Origin: Salpingoeca rosetta
Lineage: Eukaryota > Protista > Choanoflagellata
Reading direction: 5' to 3'
Assembly (NCBI GenBank): GCA_033442325.1
Contig: JAWQFM010000002.1
Coordinates: 2,569,144-2,633,143, forward strand
Length of the DNA stretch: 64,000 nt
The notes under the pieces were generated by a model. That model ran no database searches. It was not told the origin of the DNA and saw only the letters and a program-made list of their open reading frames with translations. Positions 35,951-56,073 of this stretch are shown one piece after another. The position numbers and the translations under genes are program-made. The number at the start of each line of letters is the position of its first letter. Position 1 is the stretch's first letter.

Positions 35951-36705
35951 GTTGCTGGTTGTTACTGTGTGTTGCTGGATGGCAGTGCTTCGGATGTATG
36001 AACATATGGACGAAGAAAGAAAGGGAATGGGGATGTTTGAGGAGAGGAGGAAGGGTGTGTGACTGCATATTGTTGCTGCCACCAGTTGTGTCACTGTCGC
36101 GTTGTTTGTAGTTTGTCGTTCGTTGTTGTTCCATGACAACCGCTCTTTTGTTTGCGTGCATCTTGCGTGCTCGTTTCACCCCCTCCGTGCTCCCTCTCTG
36201 CTCAGCGCAAAGACCATAAACGACAAGTTATCGACCACAAGTGTTTGCAGCCTCTCTGTTTCACTGCTTGCATGTCTATTGCGCGTTTGCAAGAAGGAAG
36301 AGGGGCGTGTGTGTGCAGCAACAGCAATGTGTCATGCCATGTAACCTCGTTGCACCAACCACCACAGCCCGGCAAACACACGCTGCGCATGCACACACCC
36401 CAACACACGAACAAACAAAACAGCCCATCGACCAATCACGCACGGCCTAACACCATGGAGCATGAGAGGAGCCATAAAACAACCATGGATGGAAGGGGTC
36501 ACAACCAGCACAAACAACACGATGCAAAAGGCACAGCACGACATAACACACGCGCACACGAACCAAAAGAAACGCAAAAAAAGAAGCAAAAAACAGATGA
36601 AGCGGACACACAGCAGTGGTTTGCAGCGCTGATCAAAGGTAGTCGGGCAAGATGGGGGAGATGTGTGTGTGTGTGTGTGTGTGCGTGTGTGTGTGTGTGT
36701 GTTGG

Positions 36706-42216
<5,511 letters not shown>

Positions 42217-42509
42217 TCACAGCCAACACAGCCAACACGGCCAACCATGCACCACACATTGCTGCTGCTGGCACCACCACGTGGACGAGCGAGAGGTCAC
42301 GAGTTGTCCAGCACGACAGAATGCTGTTGATGACGTACGTCCTCACCGAAGCACGCGGTGTGTTGTCTTGTCAAAGACTGTGTTGGGCAGTCAAATGCAC
42401 CTGGTTCTGCTTAACCAAACAAAGTGCATGCGTAGCCAGGAAGCACAGCACAAGGAGTAGCACAGATGAGCGGAGCAGGCGCCAAAGGGATGCACGCTTG
42501 TGAGCGTGT

Positions 42510-42547
<38 letters not shown>

Positions 42548-42976
42548 GAGGGTAACGGCTGTCGTCTGCGTTGATTTGAGACGACTGTGAAACTGAAGAC
42601 GAAACAAACAAAACAGTGTGTGTTTCAACTGTGTTTGCTTGCTCGCATGAATTGCCACAGCGTGCACATGCACAACTTTCGGGAGTGAACGTACTCATAC
42701 ACACATACACACGCGTGCGCACACGCACACACGCACACACACGGCCGACTGTGCCGTGCATTGCTCGCCCACACACCCATATCAAGACACATACCAAACC
42801 CAGCTTGCTTGCACCACAGGCCCCCAAGCGACAGCCCTGTTGGCACTCACCGCCCTCACTGGGAGACGGTTTTGGCGATTTGCAGGTGGCGTTGCAGAAA
42901 ATCGCACGGCTGTATGTTTCGCACAAGTATTGGTGAAGGCGTGCGCACTCTGAAACAGATCCACCACGCCGGAACT

Positions 42977-42983
42977 TGGCAAC
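42977..42983 (-). promoter_or_regulatory. Candidate RFX (X-box half-site) GTTGCCA upstream of RSPH9
   Basis: TGGCAAC on the + strand about 220 bp before the RSPH9 ATG. A 7-mer, so it could be chance. Confidence 0.35.
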
Positions 42984-43200
42984 ACACAAACGCTCACACA
43001 TCAACAACAAAGCAAAGCAGCAGATACAGCACCACAACACCGCCACCCACCCACAAAGCAAGCAAGCAAGCGTCGAAGCTGCATCCGTGACCGACGGCCT
43101 GCTGTATTGAACGACCCTCGAAACGCACCAGCTGCGCCACACTCCATATCCACCTTCACTCCCACTTTCACCCACACACACACACGCACGAGTGCACACA

Positions 43201-43748
43201 ATGGACGTGCAATCGCTGTCGCCTGCCTTGGACCACTTGTCGTCAAGTGGCATTGTGCTGAGCACGGAGCGCCGTGTCTCGCTGGACACGTCGCTGACAC
43301 TGCTGATGCATGCGGAGAAGCTGAAGCAGGTCAAGTACTGGGGTCGCATCCAGGGCGTCGCAGCAGACTATCACATCGCACAGGGCTCAAACGACGATGG
43401 CTACGCCACCAAGAGCTTCTACAGGTGTGTGTGTGGGGGGAGGGGTGTGGGTGTTGGGCTGCGCAATGGCGCTGGGGAGTGTGTGTCTGTCTACCTCGAT
43501 GCGCTGTGCTGTTGGACTCTTTTCATTGGCTCACAATCACGGTCGCATACCGTGCTGCTGTTTTCACGTGTGTACATGTGTGCAGTATGGACTGCATCCG
43601 CTGGGCGCAGCTGCCGGAGATTCATCCTGTCCTGGCAAAGTCCTGCGCCAAGATCCGCGGGCGCTTCACAGGCAACCCCTCTCACGAGTTCACAGTCACA
43701 GAAACAGGGCCATCGCCAAACGAGACCAGGCCAGAGCTGCCCGCAGAG

Positions 43749-43828
<80 letters not shown>

Positions 43829-44096
43829 CTGTCCTTGTTGGTTGCTGTCATGTCTGTTGCATGCACCTGCTCACATGTACACTTCTCCCTCCCTCTCTCG
43901 CTCACTACCGCGCGCACACGCACGCACAAACCACGCACGCGCTGCAGGTTGAGGCGATTCGGTCTGAGGAGACCAAGGGCGATGGGTCCATTGTTGTGAC
44001 CACCACCATTACAGAGGAGAAGCGGTTGGCCGCGGCCGTCGCAGCCATCGACAAAGAGACCCGCATTGTCCCGCGTGGCGCCTACAGAATGGTGCG

Positions 44097-44172
<76 letters not shown>

Positions 44173-45068
44173 GTGTGTGGGTGGGTGTGTGTGTGCGTTC
44201 GTATGTGGTTGTGTCGTGCTTGCGTGCGTGCGTGCGACGCACCCCATTGGTCGTCATGACGCTGCATCCCGTGATCCACACTGCGCCGCTGCACTCCGCT
44301 CATGTACAAACACACCGCCACCACCAGACCCCCTCGGACGTGGTTGAGAGGAATCACGGCTTTGGCGGGCTCTCCCACCAGGCTGCGGGCAAGATTGAGA
44401 GCTACATGCACTTCCGCCAACCCATCACTCTCCTCAGCAAGTCGCCACTCGAGCGGGTACGTCATGCGTGCGTGCGTGTCTCTGTGTGTCTCTGCGTGTC
44501 TCTGCGTGCTTGCGTGTGCATCTGTGTGTGTGTGTCTGTGTGTGTGCGCATCTGTGTGTATCTGTATGTGTATGTGCAAACGCTCTTGTGAGCACTAGTT
44601 CCCATCTTCATCATCACCCCATCTCATCCCATCCCAACGCTGTTGTTCTCACGCGCATCTTCTTCTTCTTCTTCTTCTTCTATCCTGCAGGCGCGCATGG
44701 ACCAAGGCCTCGACTTTATGGACTCCATCTCAGATGACATTCCAAAGGTGTGCAGACTTGTGTGCGTGTGCTTGTGCTTGCGTGTGCTTGTGCGTGATGA
44801 CAGTGCGTGCTGCGGACCGTGTCGCTCACCGAAGCCACAACACCTTGTTCCTTGCGTTGCCCCTCCTCCCGCCCTTCTCGGCGCCAAACCCCACGCTGTG
44901 CAGAACTGCTGGAGCATCCAGTACCAGAACGGGTCAAAGGCGGTCGTTCTGCGATCGCTCATCTGGCCCGGCTTTGTCTTCTTCCACACCCCAAACTCCC
45001 CGCTGTTTGGCCACGCGTATGTCGGCACAGGCCAGCGCAACAACGACCTCATCTTCGAGCTGCCCTGA
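43201..45068 (+). CDS. RSPH9: Radial spoke head protein 9
   Basis: [18 protein letters not shown]...[19 protein letters not shown]; [13 protein letters not shown]; [25 protein letters not shown]; [12 protein letters not shown]|NCWSIQ...[15 protein letters not shown]...[13 protein letters not shown]. Confidence 0.95.
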
Positions 45069-45376
45069 GGCACAGGCACGCCTGCATCTGTGTGTGTGTG
45101 TGTGTGTGTGTAATGTTTGTTTGTTTGTTTGTTTGTTTGTTTGCTTGTTTGTTTGTTTGTTTGTTTGCTTGTGTGTGTGTGTGTGTGTATGTGCAATAAA
45201 TTGGTCTGACCAAGGTGACCTTCCTGTGGGTGCTTGTCGGTTTGTTTCCGCTCGTTCAATGCTGTGTTCCCAAATCAGTGTGTGTGTGTGTGTGAAGCCT
45301 CTTGCAACAGTTTTGGAGTGTTGTGGTTGTTGTGGACTGCTTCCGTTGAATGAACGAACGTACAAACGATCAGGTG

Positions 45377-45532
45377 TGATGTGCGAATGAAGAGAGCAAA
45401 CACGCACACACAAAGAGAGCAAACACACCCACACACACAACATGATGTGCGAATGAAGAGAGCAAACACGCACACACAAAGAGAGCAAACACACCCACAC
45501 ACACAACATGATGTGCCGATGAAGAAAGCAAA
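45377..45532. repeat. 66-bp tandem duplication (about 2.4 copies) in the RSPH9-ATP10 intergenic region
   Basis: Unit starting TGATGTGCGAATGAAGAGAGCAAACAC at 45377 and 45443, with a diverged partial copy at 45509. Confidence 0.9.
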
Positions 45533-46147
45533 CTCATGCAAACACATCCCCTTGGCTGTCCTTCGTCCTGCTGCATTTTGGGGATATTTTGCTACAATTT
45601 TCCGTGCTCGTTTGGAATCGTGGGAGGTGTGTGCGTGCTGCTTATCCAGCAACAAAACACCACACACGCCTTCGCGCCCATCACCAACAAGCAAGCGCAG
45701 CCAAACGCTGTGCCACCCACACCAGCCACCCACACCAGCCACCCACACCAGCCACGCACACCAGCCACGCACACCAGCACACAGCTGCTTTGCTCGCTGC
45801 GTGGAGCAAGCCAAACGGCAACCTCACGAAGGAGGACGCCTGTTGATCTGCGTGTGCACGCTCCTCATCCACACCCACACCCACACACACCCACACACCG
45901 CATCACGTCAACGTCATCAGCATCACAAACCGCTTCCTCCGGACACTCTGTTCAGCGCCGCCTAGCAGCAGCTTTGCATCTTGCTGTTGCATCAGCTTCT
46001 TCTTCTTGGAGCACAACACAATAGGAGCGTGAGCGTCCCCCATTGTGGAACCGCTTCCACCTTTCCCACTGCAGCTTGATCGGCCACAAACACACACACA
46101 CACACACACACATACAAGCATAACCACACACGGACACACACGCCACA

Positions 46148-48658
46148 ATGACCAAACATAAGTGGCACCTGGACAAAGAGCGGATTGTGCAGCCACACAA
46201 CCATGAAGTTGCGTTTGAGAAGGGCTACGCCCACAACGGCATCCGCACTACCAAATACACCCTCGTCACCTTCCTTCCAAAGAACCTCTTTGAGCAGTTC
46301 CACCGCCTGGCCAATGTGTACTTCCTGTTCATCGTCATCCTTAACTGGGTGCCGTCCGTGCAAGCTTTTGGGCGTGAGGTGGCCATGTTGCCACTCCTCT
46401 TTGTGCTCGCCGTCACCGCCATCAAGGACGCCTTTGAGGACAGGCGCCGTGCAAACCAGGACAAGAAAACCAACAACACCATCGCCAAAGTCTACAACAA
46501 GTGAGTGCTCCAAGTATTGTCGGTGGCGGGAGTCCGCTGCTGTGATTGACATGCCAACGTGCCGTCGTGCCTGTGCGAGGTTGTCATGGCTGCATCTGTC
46601 AACACCCGCTGTCGTGCTGGGTAATTATTGTTGTTGGCTCACGGGGGTCGTTGCATGGTGTGTTTGTGTGCACAGGCAGCACAAGTGTTACGAGGATGTT
46701 GCTTGGCGCCACGTGCAAGTTGGTGATGTGATTCGCCTGAAATGTGACGACGTCATCCCCGCTGATCTCCTCCTCCTCCACTCCTCACACGAGGTATGTG
46801 TGTGTGTGTCTGTGTGTGTCTGTGAGTGTCTGTGTGTGTCTGTGTGTGCGTATCTGTGTGTGTGCGTGTGTGTGTATGTGTGTGTGTGTATCTGAAGGGT
46901 CGTGTTGTTGAGTATGCATGCATGTGTGTGACGGCGTGGCTGATCCGTCACGTTCAAACTGGTGTGTAGGACGGGGTGTGCTATCTTGAAACCGCCAACC
47001 TCGATGGCGAAACCAATCTCAAGCAGCGCCGGGTCTACTGCGACGTAAGTGCAGCACGCCAACCACACATACGCATGCACACACACACACACACACACGC
47101 CTGCACACACGCGCGCTCACACACACACACACACACAAGCACACGCGCACACACACACACACAAGCACACACAAGCACACACAAGCACAATCACGCACAC
47201 ACACACACACACGCACACACTTCGACACTGCACATTGCTGACATGTACACGTGCGCGTGTTCACAGCGCGGGTCGAACGAGGACGAGTTTGATGTTGCAA
47301 ACTTCAACGAGGAACTCAAGTGCGAGCACCCAAACAGCAAAATCTACCAGTTCAACGGACACATGTACGCTCACCGCGGTGGGGATGGAGGGAGGGGAGA
47401 TGGAGCCATGGAGGGAGCGACGTCTGCGCTTGTCTATCATATGCACATTCACATTCACAAGCATGCGCACGTACACTTTCACATACGCACTCACACACAT
47501 TCACACACATTCACGCACGCACACACATGGTGGCGTGCAGCACGCACGGCGGAACGGTGGTGCCGCTTGACACGAACAACATGCTGCTGCGTGGATGTGT
47601 CCTGCGCAACACTGGGACGGTGATTGGGTTGGTGGTGTATGCTGGACACGACACCAAGGCCATGCTCAACAACACGGGCCCGCGCTCAAAGCGAAGCAAG
47701 CTCGAACGCGCCATGAACTACCAGGTGCTGTGGTGCCCTGTGTAGTATGTGTGTGTGCGCGCGCGTATGTGTGTGTGTGCGTGTGCGTGCGTGCGTGTGT
47801 GTGTGTGTGTGCGTATGCGTGTGTGTGTGTGTGCGTGTGTGTGTGTGTGTTCGTTGTGTCGATCGAGGCGATATCAAACCGCAAGATGCTGTAGTGCTAC
47901 CCCTCCTACCCCTCAAAACACACACCAGCAACCCCGTTCCCAATTACCAATGTGCTCACGTGTGTCCCCTACACCGCATACCATCCGCTCTGCGTAGATT
48001 CTGTACTGCTGCATCATCCTGCTGATCTTGTGCGTCCTCGGCGGTCTGTGTGCCGGTCTCTGGACACAAGCACGCGACTACACGGTGTGCAACGAAGAGC
48101 TGCTCCCATGTGCATGTGTGTGTTGTGTTTTGTGTGTTTGTCATGTGTGCCATGTGTGGGTGTCGCTGTCTGCGTGGCCCCCCATCGCTCTGCCTCCCTG
48201 TCCCGTTATCTCTCTATTCCTCTGGCTGCATATCCGTCGCTTATGTTGGTCGTTGTAACCCTTGACAGCCCCGCGTGTGATTTGCCCTCACAAACTTCCT
48301 CACACGCACACACACACACACACACATTCTCTCTCACTCACTCTCACTCTCTCATTCACTCTCACTCACTCACTCACTCACTCACACACACACACACACA
48401 CTCTCTCTCTCAACTGTGCCCTATGTTTGTGCATTCTTCAGAACATCCTGTATCTGCCGTGGCAAGAGGGCGACCCACGGCCACCGCTGGAAGGGTTCAC
48501 GCGCGTGTGGACCTTCTTCATCATCCTGCAAGTCATGGTCCCCATTTCCCTCTACGTCTCCATCGAGATGGTCAAGCTCTTCCAAATCTATTTTATCCAG
48601 GAGGACGTCGGTGCGTGTGTGTGTGTATGTGTGCGCGTGTATGTGTGGGTGGGTCTGT

Positions 48659-48721
<63 letters not shown>

Positions 48722-49580
48722 ACGTGCAGCAATCCGCCTGTGAGCTCACCGCTGCCTCCATTTCTCCTGCTACTGTTGCTGCTGCTGCAGAGCTGTATCA
48801 TGAGGAGACAGACACGAAGATGCTCTGCCGCGCACTCAACATCACAGAGGACCTCGGACAGGTGACGACATGATGAAAATGATGGTGGTGGTGGTGGTGG
48901 TGGTGAACACACATTGTGGTTGGTGTCTCGCTGCTGTGGCTCCTGTTGTTGTTGCACCTACTTACTGCCTTGTTGCTATGACTGGTGATGACAACATCAA
49001 TTCACCCACCACCACGTTTCATCCCCACTCATCCCACCACTGTCGCCGCCACTGCTGCGACCATCAGATCAACTATGTGTTCTCGGACAAGACAGGCACG
49101 CTGACGCAGAACAAGATGGTATTCCACACGTGCAGCGTTGGCGGCGTGATTTACCGCCACCAGGCGCAGGAGGAGGGCAAGGACTACCAGGATGCGTTCT
49201 CGTTTCCTTCCGACCCAAACCTCGTCAGCAACCTCGCTGCCGATCGTGGTGAAATTGGCAAACGTGAGCAATTCTTAAACACACACACGCACGCACGCAC
49301 GCACACGCACGCACGCACACGCACACGCACACGCTTCTACTCCTATTCCTGCTTGCATCTGGCTGTACGTCGCTGTGTGTGCGTGTGTGCGTGTACGCTT
49401 TGTGCTGTGTGCCACTCGTCGACGCTTTGCTCACAACACTGCCGCGCCCCAACTTCTCCTGAATTCCCGTGCTGTGCTGTTCTGTATACGCTGACAGGGG
49501 CGTCGCCACTGCACATCTTCATGCTCTGCCTCTCCGCCAGCAACACCGTCGTTCCAAACCGAAAGGACGGCAAAGGTGAG

Positions 49581-49645
<65 letters not shown>

Positions 49646-50821
49646 ACACACACACACACGCATACACACTTACTTTGTATTGCAGTTACTGCTGTGCGTG
49701 TGCATGTAGTGTTGTTTGCATCACGCGCAACGTGTCATGTTTCGCGTGCACCCTTTGTCATGCATGCGCCAACTCATCATCATCATCACCACCACCATCA
49801 TCATCGCCACCACCATCATCATCGCCATCATCATGACTATGGAGCAGTCAAGTTTGAGGCGGAATCGCCGGACGAGGCCGCGCTCGTGTCCGCTGCGAGT
49901 GTGTACGACTACCACCTCGAGGAGCGCAAACTCAACACCGTCACCGTCAGCATCAGGGGCCAGCGTCACACGTACGAGGTGCTCGCTGTGCTTGATTTCG
50001 ACAGCACGCGTAAACGCATGTCTGTCGTTCTTCGCCTCCCCGATGGCACCCTTCGCCTGCTGTGCAAAGGTGCTGACTCGGCAATTACGTCCGTCCTGGG
50101 AGCAGCAAGCTCAGATGTAGGTGTTGTGTGTCTGTTTTCGTGTCTGTGTGTGCGTGTGCGTGTGTGTGTGTGTGTGTGCGTGCGTGCGTGTGTGTGTGCG
50201 GTATTGTTCGTTACTCCTTCCCATGTGTCCCTCCATTCAAGCACACCAGCCCTCAACCTGTCTCCCACCACCACCGCCTGGCTGCTGACAGCACGTGTTG
50301 GCGGAGACGTCGGCACACCTTGACGAGTTTGCCCGCAGCGGCCTGCGCACCCTCTGCTACGCCTATCGCGATATTGCCCACGACGAATACGAGGACTGGG
50401 CTCACCGCTTCCTCGAGGCAAACGTGGTGCGTTATTTGGGGGGGGGGCTATGTGTGTCGCGTGCGTGTATATTTGTGACTGTGAGAGTGTGCGTGCGCGC
50501 TTGTATGCGCGTGTGTGTGTGTCGCGTGTATATTTGCGACTGTGTGTGTGTGCGTGCGCGCTTGTATGTGTGCGTGTGTGTGTGTCTGTGTGTGTGTGTG
50601 TCTGTGTGTGTCTGTGTGTGTCTGTATTTGTGACTCACGTGCGAATGCATTTGTGTGTACGTGTGTATTTTGACCTCTTGGCAGCTGCTGGGTGAGGAGC
50701 GCAAGCAGCGACGCGTTGAGCTGTAAGTCGCCACTCGCCTGATGATTCGATGCGAACATAATGCGGGCACAATCAATGCCCACTATACATGCATGGATGA
50801 TCTTCGTTCCCACCATGTCAC

Positions 50822-50855
<34 letters not shown>

Positions 50856-51380
50856 TCCATCAGGTTTCAGGAGCTTGAGCAGAATATGATTCTCGTCGGG
50901 GCAACGGGAATTGAGGACAAGCTGCAGGACGGCGTTCCCGAGGCAATTGCCGATCTCAGACACGCTGGACTCAAGGTATGTGTGTGTGTGTGTGCCTGCG
51001 CCTCTTTGACCTGCGCCTCTTTGACCTGCGTGCGCTGTTCATGTTCGTGGCTGCTTGGCCATGTAGTGTGACTGTTGTGACTGTTGTCTCACTTCTCCGC
51101 CTCGCTTCCCCCTCAATTTCCTTCCTTGCCTGCTGCCTTCCCTCTTCCTTGCTGCAGGTGTGGGTGCTGACTGGCGACAAGCAGGAGACGGCGATTGAGA
51201 TTGCAATGACGTGTCGCCTCATTACCCGCCGCATGCACACCATCATCCTCAACTCGGAGTACGCCCGCCTCCACTACGACAAGGGCAAGACCATCGCTAC
51301 CGTCGCACACCACCGCGCCGCGCGCAGAGAGGTAGACATATACACGCACGCACATGCACGCCCACACATGCACATGCACG

Positions 51381-51470
<90 letters not shown>

Positions 51471-53909
51471 CACACACACACACATGCACATGCACACACC
51501 CCTTCCGTTCTGCTGTTGCTGAGCGCTCGGTGTGCTCAGCAGTCGGGACAGTGAGGTTGCTGTGTCGGTGATGTGACTGTTGACTAAAGCCTTCGTTGCT
51601 TGCACCTCCCCTTGTAGTGTTGCTCACTGCACATGCGTACATTGCGCGTCGCATTGTTTGTCTTGGTTGCAGGTGCTTGACATCATCAACCAGCATCTCC
51701 AAGACATCGAGCAGGCCCAGCAGGGCGATCGCGTAGGAGCACATGCGTGTTTGCGTGTTTGCGTGTTTGCGTGTTTGTGTTTATGTGCGTTTATGTGTGC
51801 ATGTGTGTGTGTTTATGTTTGTGTGTGTTTATGTGTGTGAACCGTCCATTCTCCAGGTTATTCCTTCACGTTCGCGCACTAATGCATTCCCGCTCACACC
51901 CACACAACACACACACACCGCATCCACAGCGGGAGCTTGCGCTTGTGATTGACGGGCCAACGCTCTTCTACGCCGTGCAGGAGGCGGACGACGTCAAACA
52001 CCAGTTCCTCAGACTCGCGGAGCAGACAAAGGTGTGTGCGTGTGTGTCTGTGTGTGTGTGTGTGTCTGTGTCTGTGTGTATGTCTGTCTTGTCTGATCTG
52101 AGAGTGATCTTCACAGCCCTTCAAACCCCTCATGTCAAACCTCTCGTGCGCTCACGCCTCCACCGCCGGCTGCCTCACCTGTTCTTCGGTTCGTGCGCCG
52201 CGCAGGTTGTCGTTGCGTGCCGAACAACACCGCTGCAGAAGGCGCAAGTGGTGGGACTCGTCAAGGACAACCGCGACGCCATGACGCTTGCAATCGGTGC
52301 GGTGCCGTCCTGTGTTGTGCGATGCTGTGCTGTGTTGTCATGTTGGGTGGTTGGAGTGAAGGCGCGTGTTTGTTTTTCTCGACTGGTGTTTGTTGCAACT
52401 TGTCACTCGCATCACTCTCCTCCACTCCACACATGAGACTCATGTTCCATATCCACGCCACTGCTCACACCGCCACCACCACCCATGCGCCACCACCTCA
52501 ACTGTCATCGCTGTGCTGGTCAGGCGACGGCGCGAATGACGTGAGCATGATCCAGATGGCACACGTCGGCGTTGGCATTTCGGGCCAGGAGGGCATGCAA
52601 GCCGTGAGTACACACATACACACACACGCACACACACGCGCGCGCGCACACACACACACACACTACCACATGCATGCGCTGCTATTGGGTTTCTGTTGCT
52701 GTGCTGTTGATTGGTTGAGCATGTGGTGGATGCATTGTGCATATGTTTCACGTTGTGTGATGTCATTCTTTACTTTGTTTTGGATTTTGCCTTGGCGCAT
52801 CACTTGCATGCAAGCACCATCATCGCCACCACGCTCACCTCCTTCCATCACACCACGTCCACAACCCCAACAGGTGATGGCGAGCGACTTTGCGATTGCG
52901 CAGTTCCGCTTCCTGGTGAAGCTTATGCTGGTACACGGCCACTGGTCGTACGATCGCATTGCCAACATGATCCTCTACTTCTTCTACAAGAACTCCTGTC
53001 TCGTCTGGGTCATCTTCTACTTCCAAATCTTCGCGGGCTTCTCCGGTCAGCCCGCTATCGAACAGGTACACGCATGTCTTTCACTTTGTGCCTGTGTCTG
53101 TGCGGGGCTGTGTGTGTGTGTGCGTGTGTGCGTGTGTGCGTGTGTGTGTGTGTGTGTGTGTTTGGAAAGCGTATCATTCATGTACCTCCCTCCCTCGCCC
53201 ACTCACTGGCGCCCTTTTCCTCTGTCCTGTTTCTCCTGATCACAGCTGTACCTGCAAACGTACAATTTGCTGTGGACGTCCATTCCACCCATCATCACCG
53301 CTGTCTTTGACCAAGACGTGCAACCAAACATCCTCCTCAACAACCCAGCCCTCTACGAACAGGTGCGCTTGTGTGTGTGTGTCTGTGTGTGTGTGTGTGT
53401 GTGTTTTGCCTGTTTTTGTGTGTTTACAGTCGTGTTTGCGTTTCGGGCAACCAACCACATGGCCACATCATGTACCCTCACACACACACACACACGCCAA
53501 CCTCCACGATTGCGTTGTGGCCGCTGCAGGGTCGGCTCGACCTCACGTACAGTGGAAAGTTCTTCCCCACGATGCTTGACGGGTTTTACCAGAGCATCGT
53601 CATCTTTTTTGTGCCGTACTTCGTGTTCCGTGACACCGTTGTCAACGAAGGGCTGCTGGTGTTTGGCACTGTTATCTTCTACTGCACGGTCGTTGCAAAC
53701 CTGCTCCACCTGTGCATCATCACCCGCAACTACATCTGGATTCACTACCTTGGTCTTCTCTGGAGCATTGGCGGCCTCTTTGCCTTCTCCCTCCTCTACA
53801 ACGGCGTCTACTTCTCCGATTCAAGCCTCGTGCCAGACCCGTACTTTGTCATGCAGGTGCGCTGCGTTGGTTCAGAGAGACAGTGCGAGAGAAGGGCCGG
53901 GCTGTAAAG

Positions 53910-53953
<44 letters not shown>

Positions 53954-55001
53954 GGATTTGTTTGTTTGTTTGTTTGTTTGTTTGTTTGTTTGTTTGTTTG
54001 TTTGTTTGTTTGTTTGTTTGTTTGTTTGTTTGTTTGTTTGTTTGTTTGCTCGTCACGTGTCATTTCAACTCCCTTGTTGAGTTTTTGTATTTGCGCATGC
54101 CTTTGCGTGCGTGTTCGCTTTTCCTTGAGTAACAACATCCTCACCATGACCCATGCCCCTTCCACCCCACCTCCCATCGTTGATCAGGAAACGATTGCCG
54201 ATTCACGCTTCTGGTTCTGTCTTTTCTTCGTTCCCATCGTCGCTGTGGGGCCTCGCTTCATCACCATGTGCGTACAACCGCAATAGAAAGAGTTTATGCT
54301 GTGTGAGAGCGTACTGTGTGATTGTGGTTGTGTGTGTTGTGTGATTGTCTGTGTGTGTCTGTGTGTGGTTGTGTGTGTGAGTGTGTGTGTGTGTATCTGT
54401 CCCCTCTCCGATGGTTGCTTGTTGTTGTGTTACATCGGTTTCAACGATGCCATTGTCATGTCCATTCTCACCACGTGTGTCTGTACGTGCTGCTGTTTGT
54501 TGCTGTTTTTGCGTTTGTGTTGCTTGTTGCTTGTTGCTTGTTGTTTTTGGTGTTTGCAGGTTCTCCCACCGGTGGTTCACGCCAACGATTGCGTCATTTG
54601 CGCGAGAGAAATCCGAGCTTGAAACGCGTGCAGCGGGCCTCGATTCCACTGCTTGCATGCACTACCCATGCATGCCCTGGTACGTCTTGCACATGTGTCT
54701 GTGTCTGTGTCTGTGTGTGTGTGTGTGTGTGTTTGTCTGTCTGTCTGTCTTTTGTTTTGCACTTCAGTCTTTGCTGTGAGCGAGTACTGCGATTCAATTG
54801 CTCACCCGCGTTATTCGCCTCCCCCCTCCGCCGCCACCACACAGCCAAATGCTGGCTGAGCCTTGCTGTGTGTACACGGAGCCGCACTACAGCTCAGACA
54901 CGCTCGATGTGACCACGTGCGTCTCATATGCGCCCTCGAATCGTGAGACCGTTGCACTTGCGGACATGCACAGCCCACGGCAGTCATACTCCGACGCATA
55001 A
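46148..55001 (+). CDS. P4-type ATPase lipid flippase, ATP10/Dnf-like class
   Basis: [25 protein letters not shown]; NWVPSVQAF; [12 protein letters not shown]; [14 protein letters not shown]; phosphorylation site FSDKTGT; [10 protein letters not shown]; FDSTRKRMS; LLCKGADS; GLRTL; [10 protein letters not shown]; [10 protein letters not shown]; [13 protein letters not shown]; HGHWSYDR. Confidence 0.96.
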
Positions 55002-55196
55002 CCAACAGGCCACCGCGTGCTGGAGGGGGAATGAGAGAATGTGTGTAAGTGAGTGTGTGTGTGTGAGAGAGAGAGAGAGGGGGGGGGGAGCATGTGAGTG
55101 AGTGCGTGAGTTCGAATGAGTGTGAGACAGAGAGAGAGAGTGTGTGTGTGTGTGTGTGCGTGTGAAATTGTGTGTGTGTGTGAGAGAGAGAGAGGG

Positions 55197-55300
<104 letters not shown>

Positions 55301-55872
55301 GAAGCCGATGTGCTCGTGGGCAGAGAGTTGACTATTCCTTCATCATTCATCATCAGCAATAGGCGAACCTGCTTCCCTTCTCCTTTGCTTCTGCTTTTTT
55401 TTTCCAGCTGCTGTCTTCATTTCTCTCGTTCATGCTGTATGCGTGTATTGTTGCTGCCTGTTTGTCATCTTCTGGGGACACTGCTCTTCCTTGCTGACTT
55501 GTTGAATGCACCACGACGTGCCGTGTCGTGTCGTGCACATGCACATGAAATGGCATGTCTTTCGTTTGGTGTTGGCGAAGTGAAGAATGCGGCGTGTGCG
55601 AGGGATCTGTGATGAATGTTTGCTTGACGAACGTGTTGTTCCCTTCTTGTTCATGTTGCCGTTTGTTTATCTTTGTTGCTTGACGGGTAAACACCCCTCT
55701 TCTTCACCCTCTTCTTCCTCTCCGTCTATGCCTGATGTGATGACTTCTCATACACGAATAAGTCAAGTGGACTCCTCCGAAACGAAACAGCACCACACCA
55801 CCACACAACACAAGATATGCCAACAACACATGCACACGAAACAAGCTGCGCATGCAAGTCGCATTGTGCTTG

Positions 55873-55987
55873 CTAGTCTGTTAAGGATGGGCTGACACTG
55901 ACCTCTTCAAAGCACTCAATCACGTCCTCCTGCAGCCGGGACATGTGTGTGTGTGTGATGAGAAGTAGGGGACGCGGTGAAGACGAT

Positions 55988-56073
<86 letters not shown>

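Noticed and set aside
45377-45532. Direct repeats as a CRISPR array or transposon end
   Set aside because: Head-to-tail copies with no unique spacers, eukaryotic context, and no cas or transposase/RT ORF, terminal inverted repeat or target-site duplication seen.
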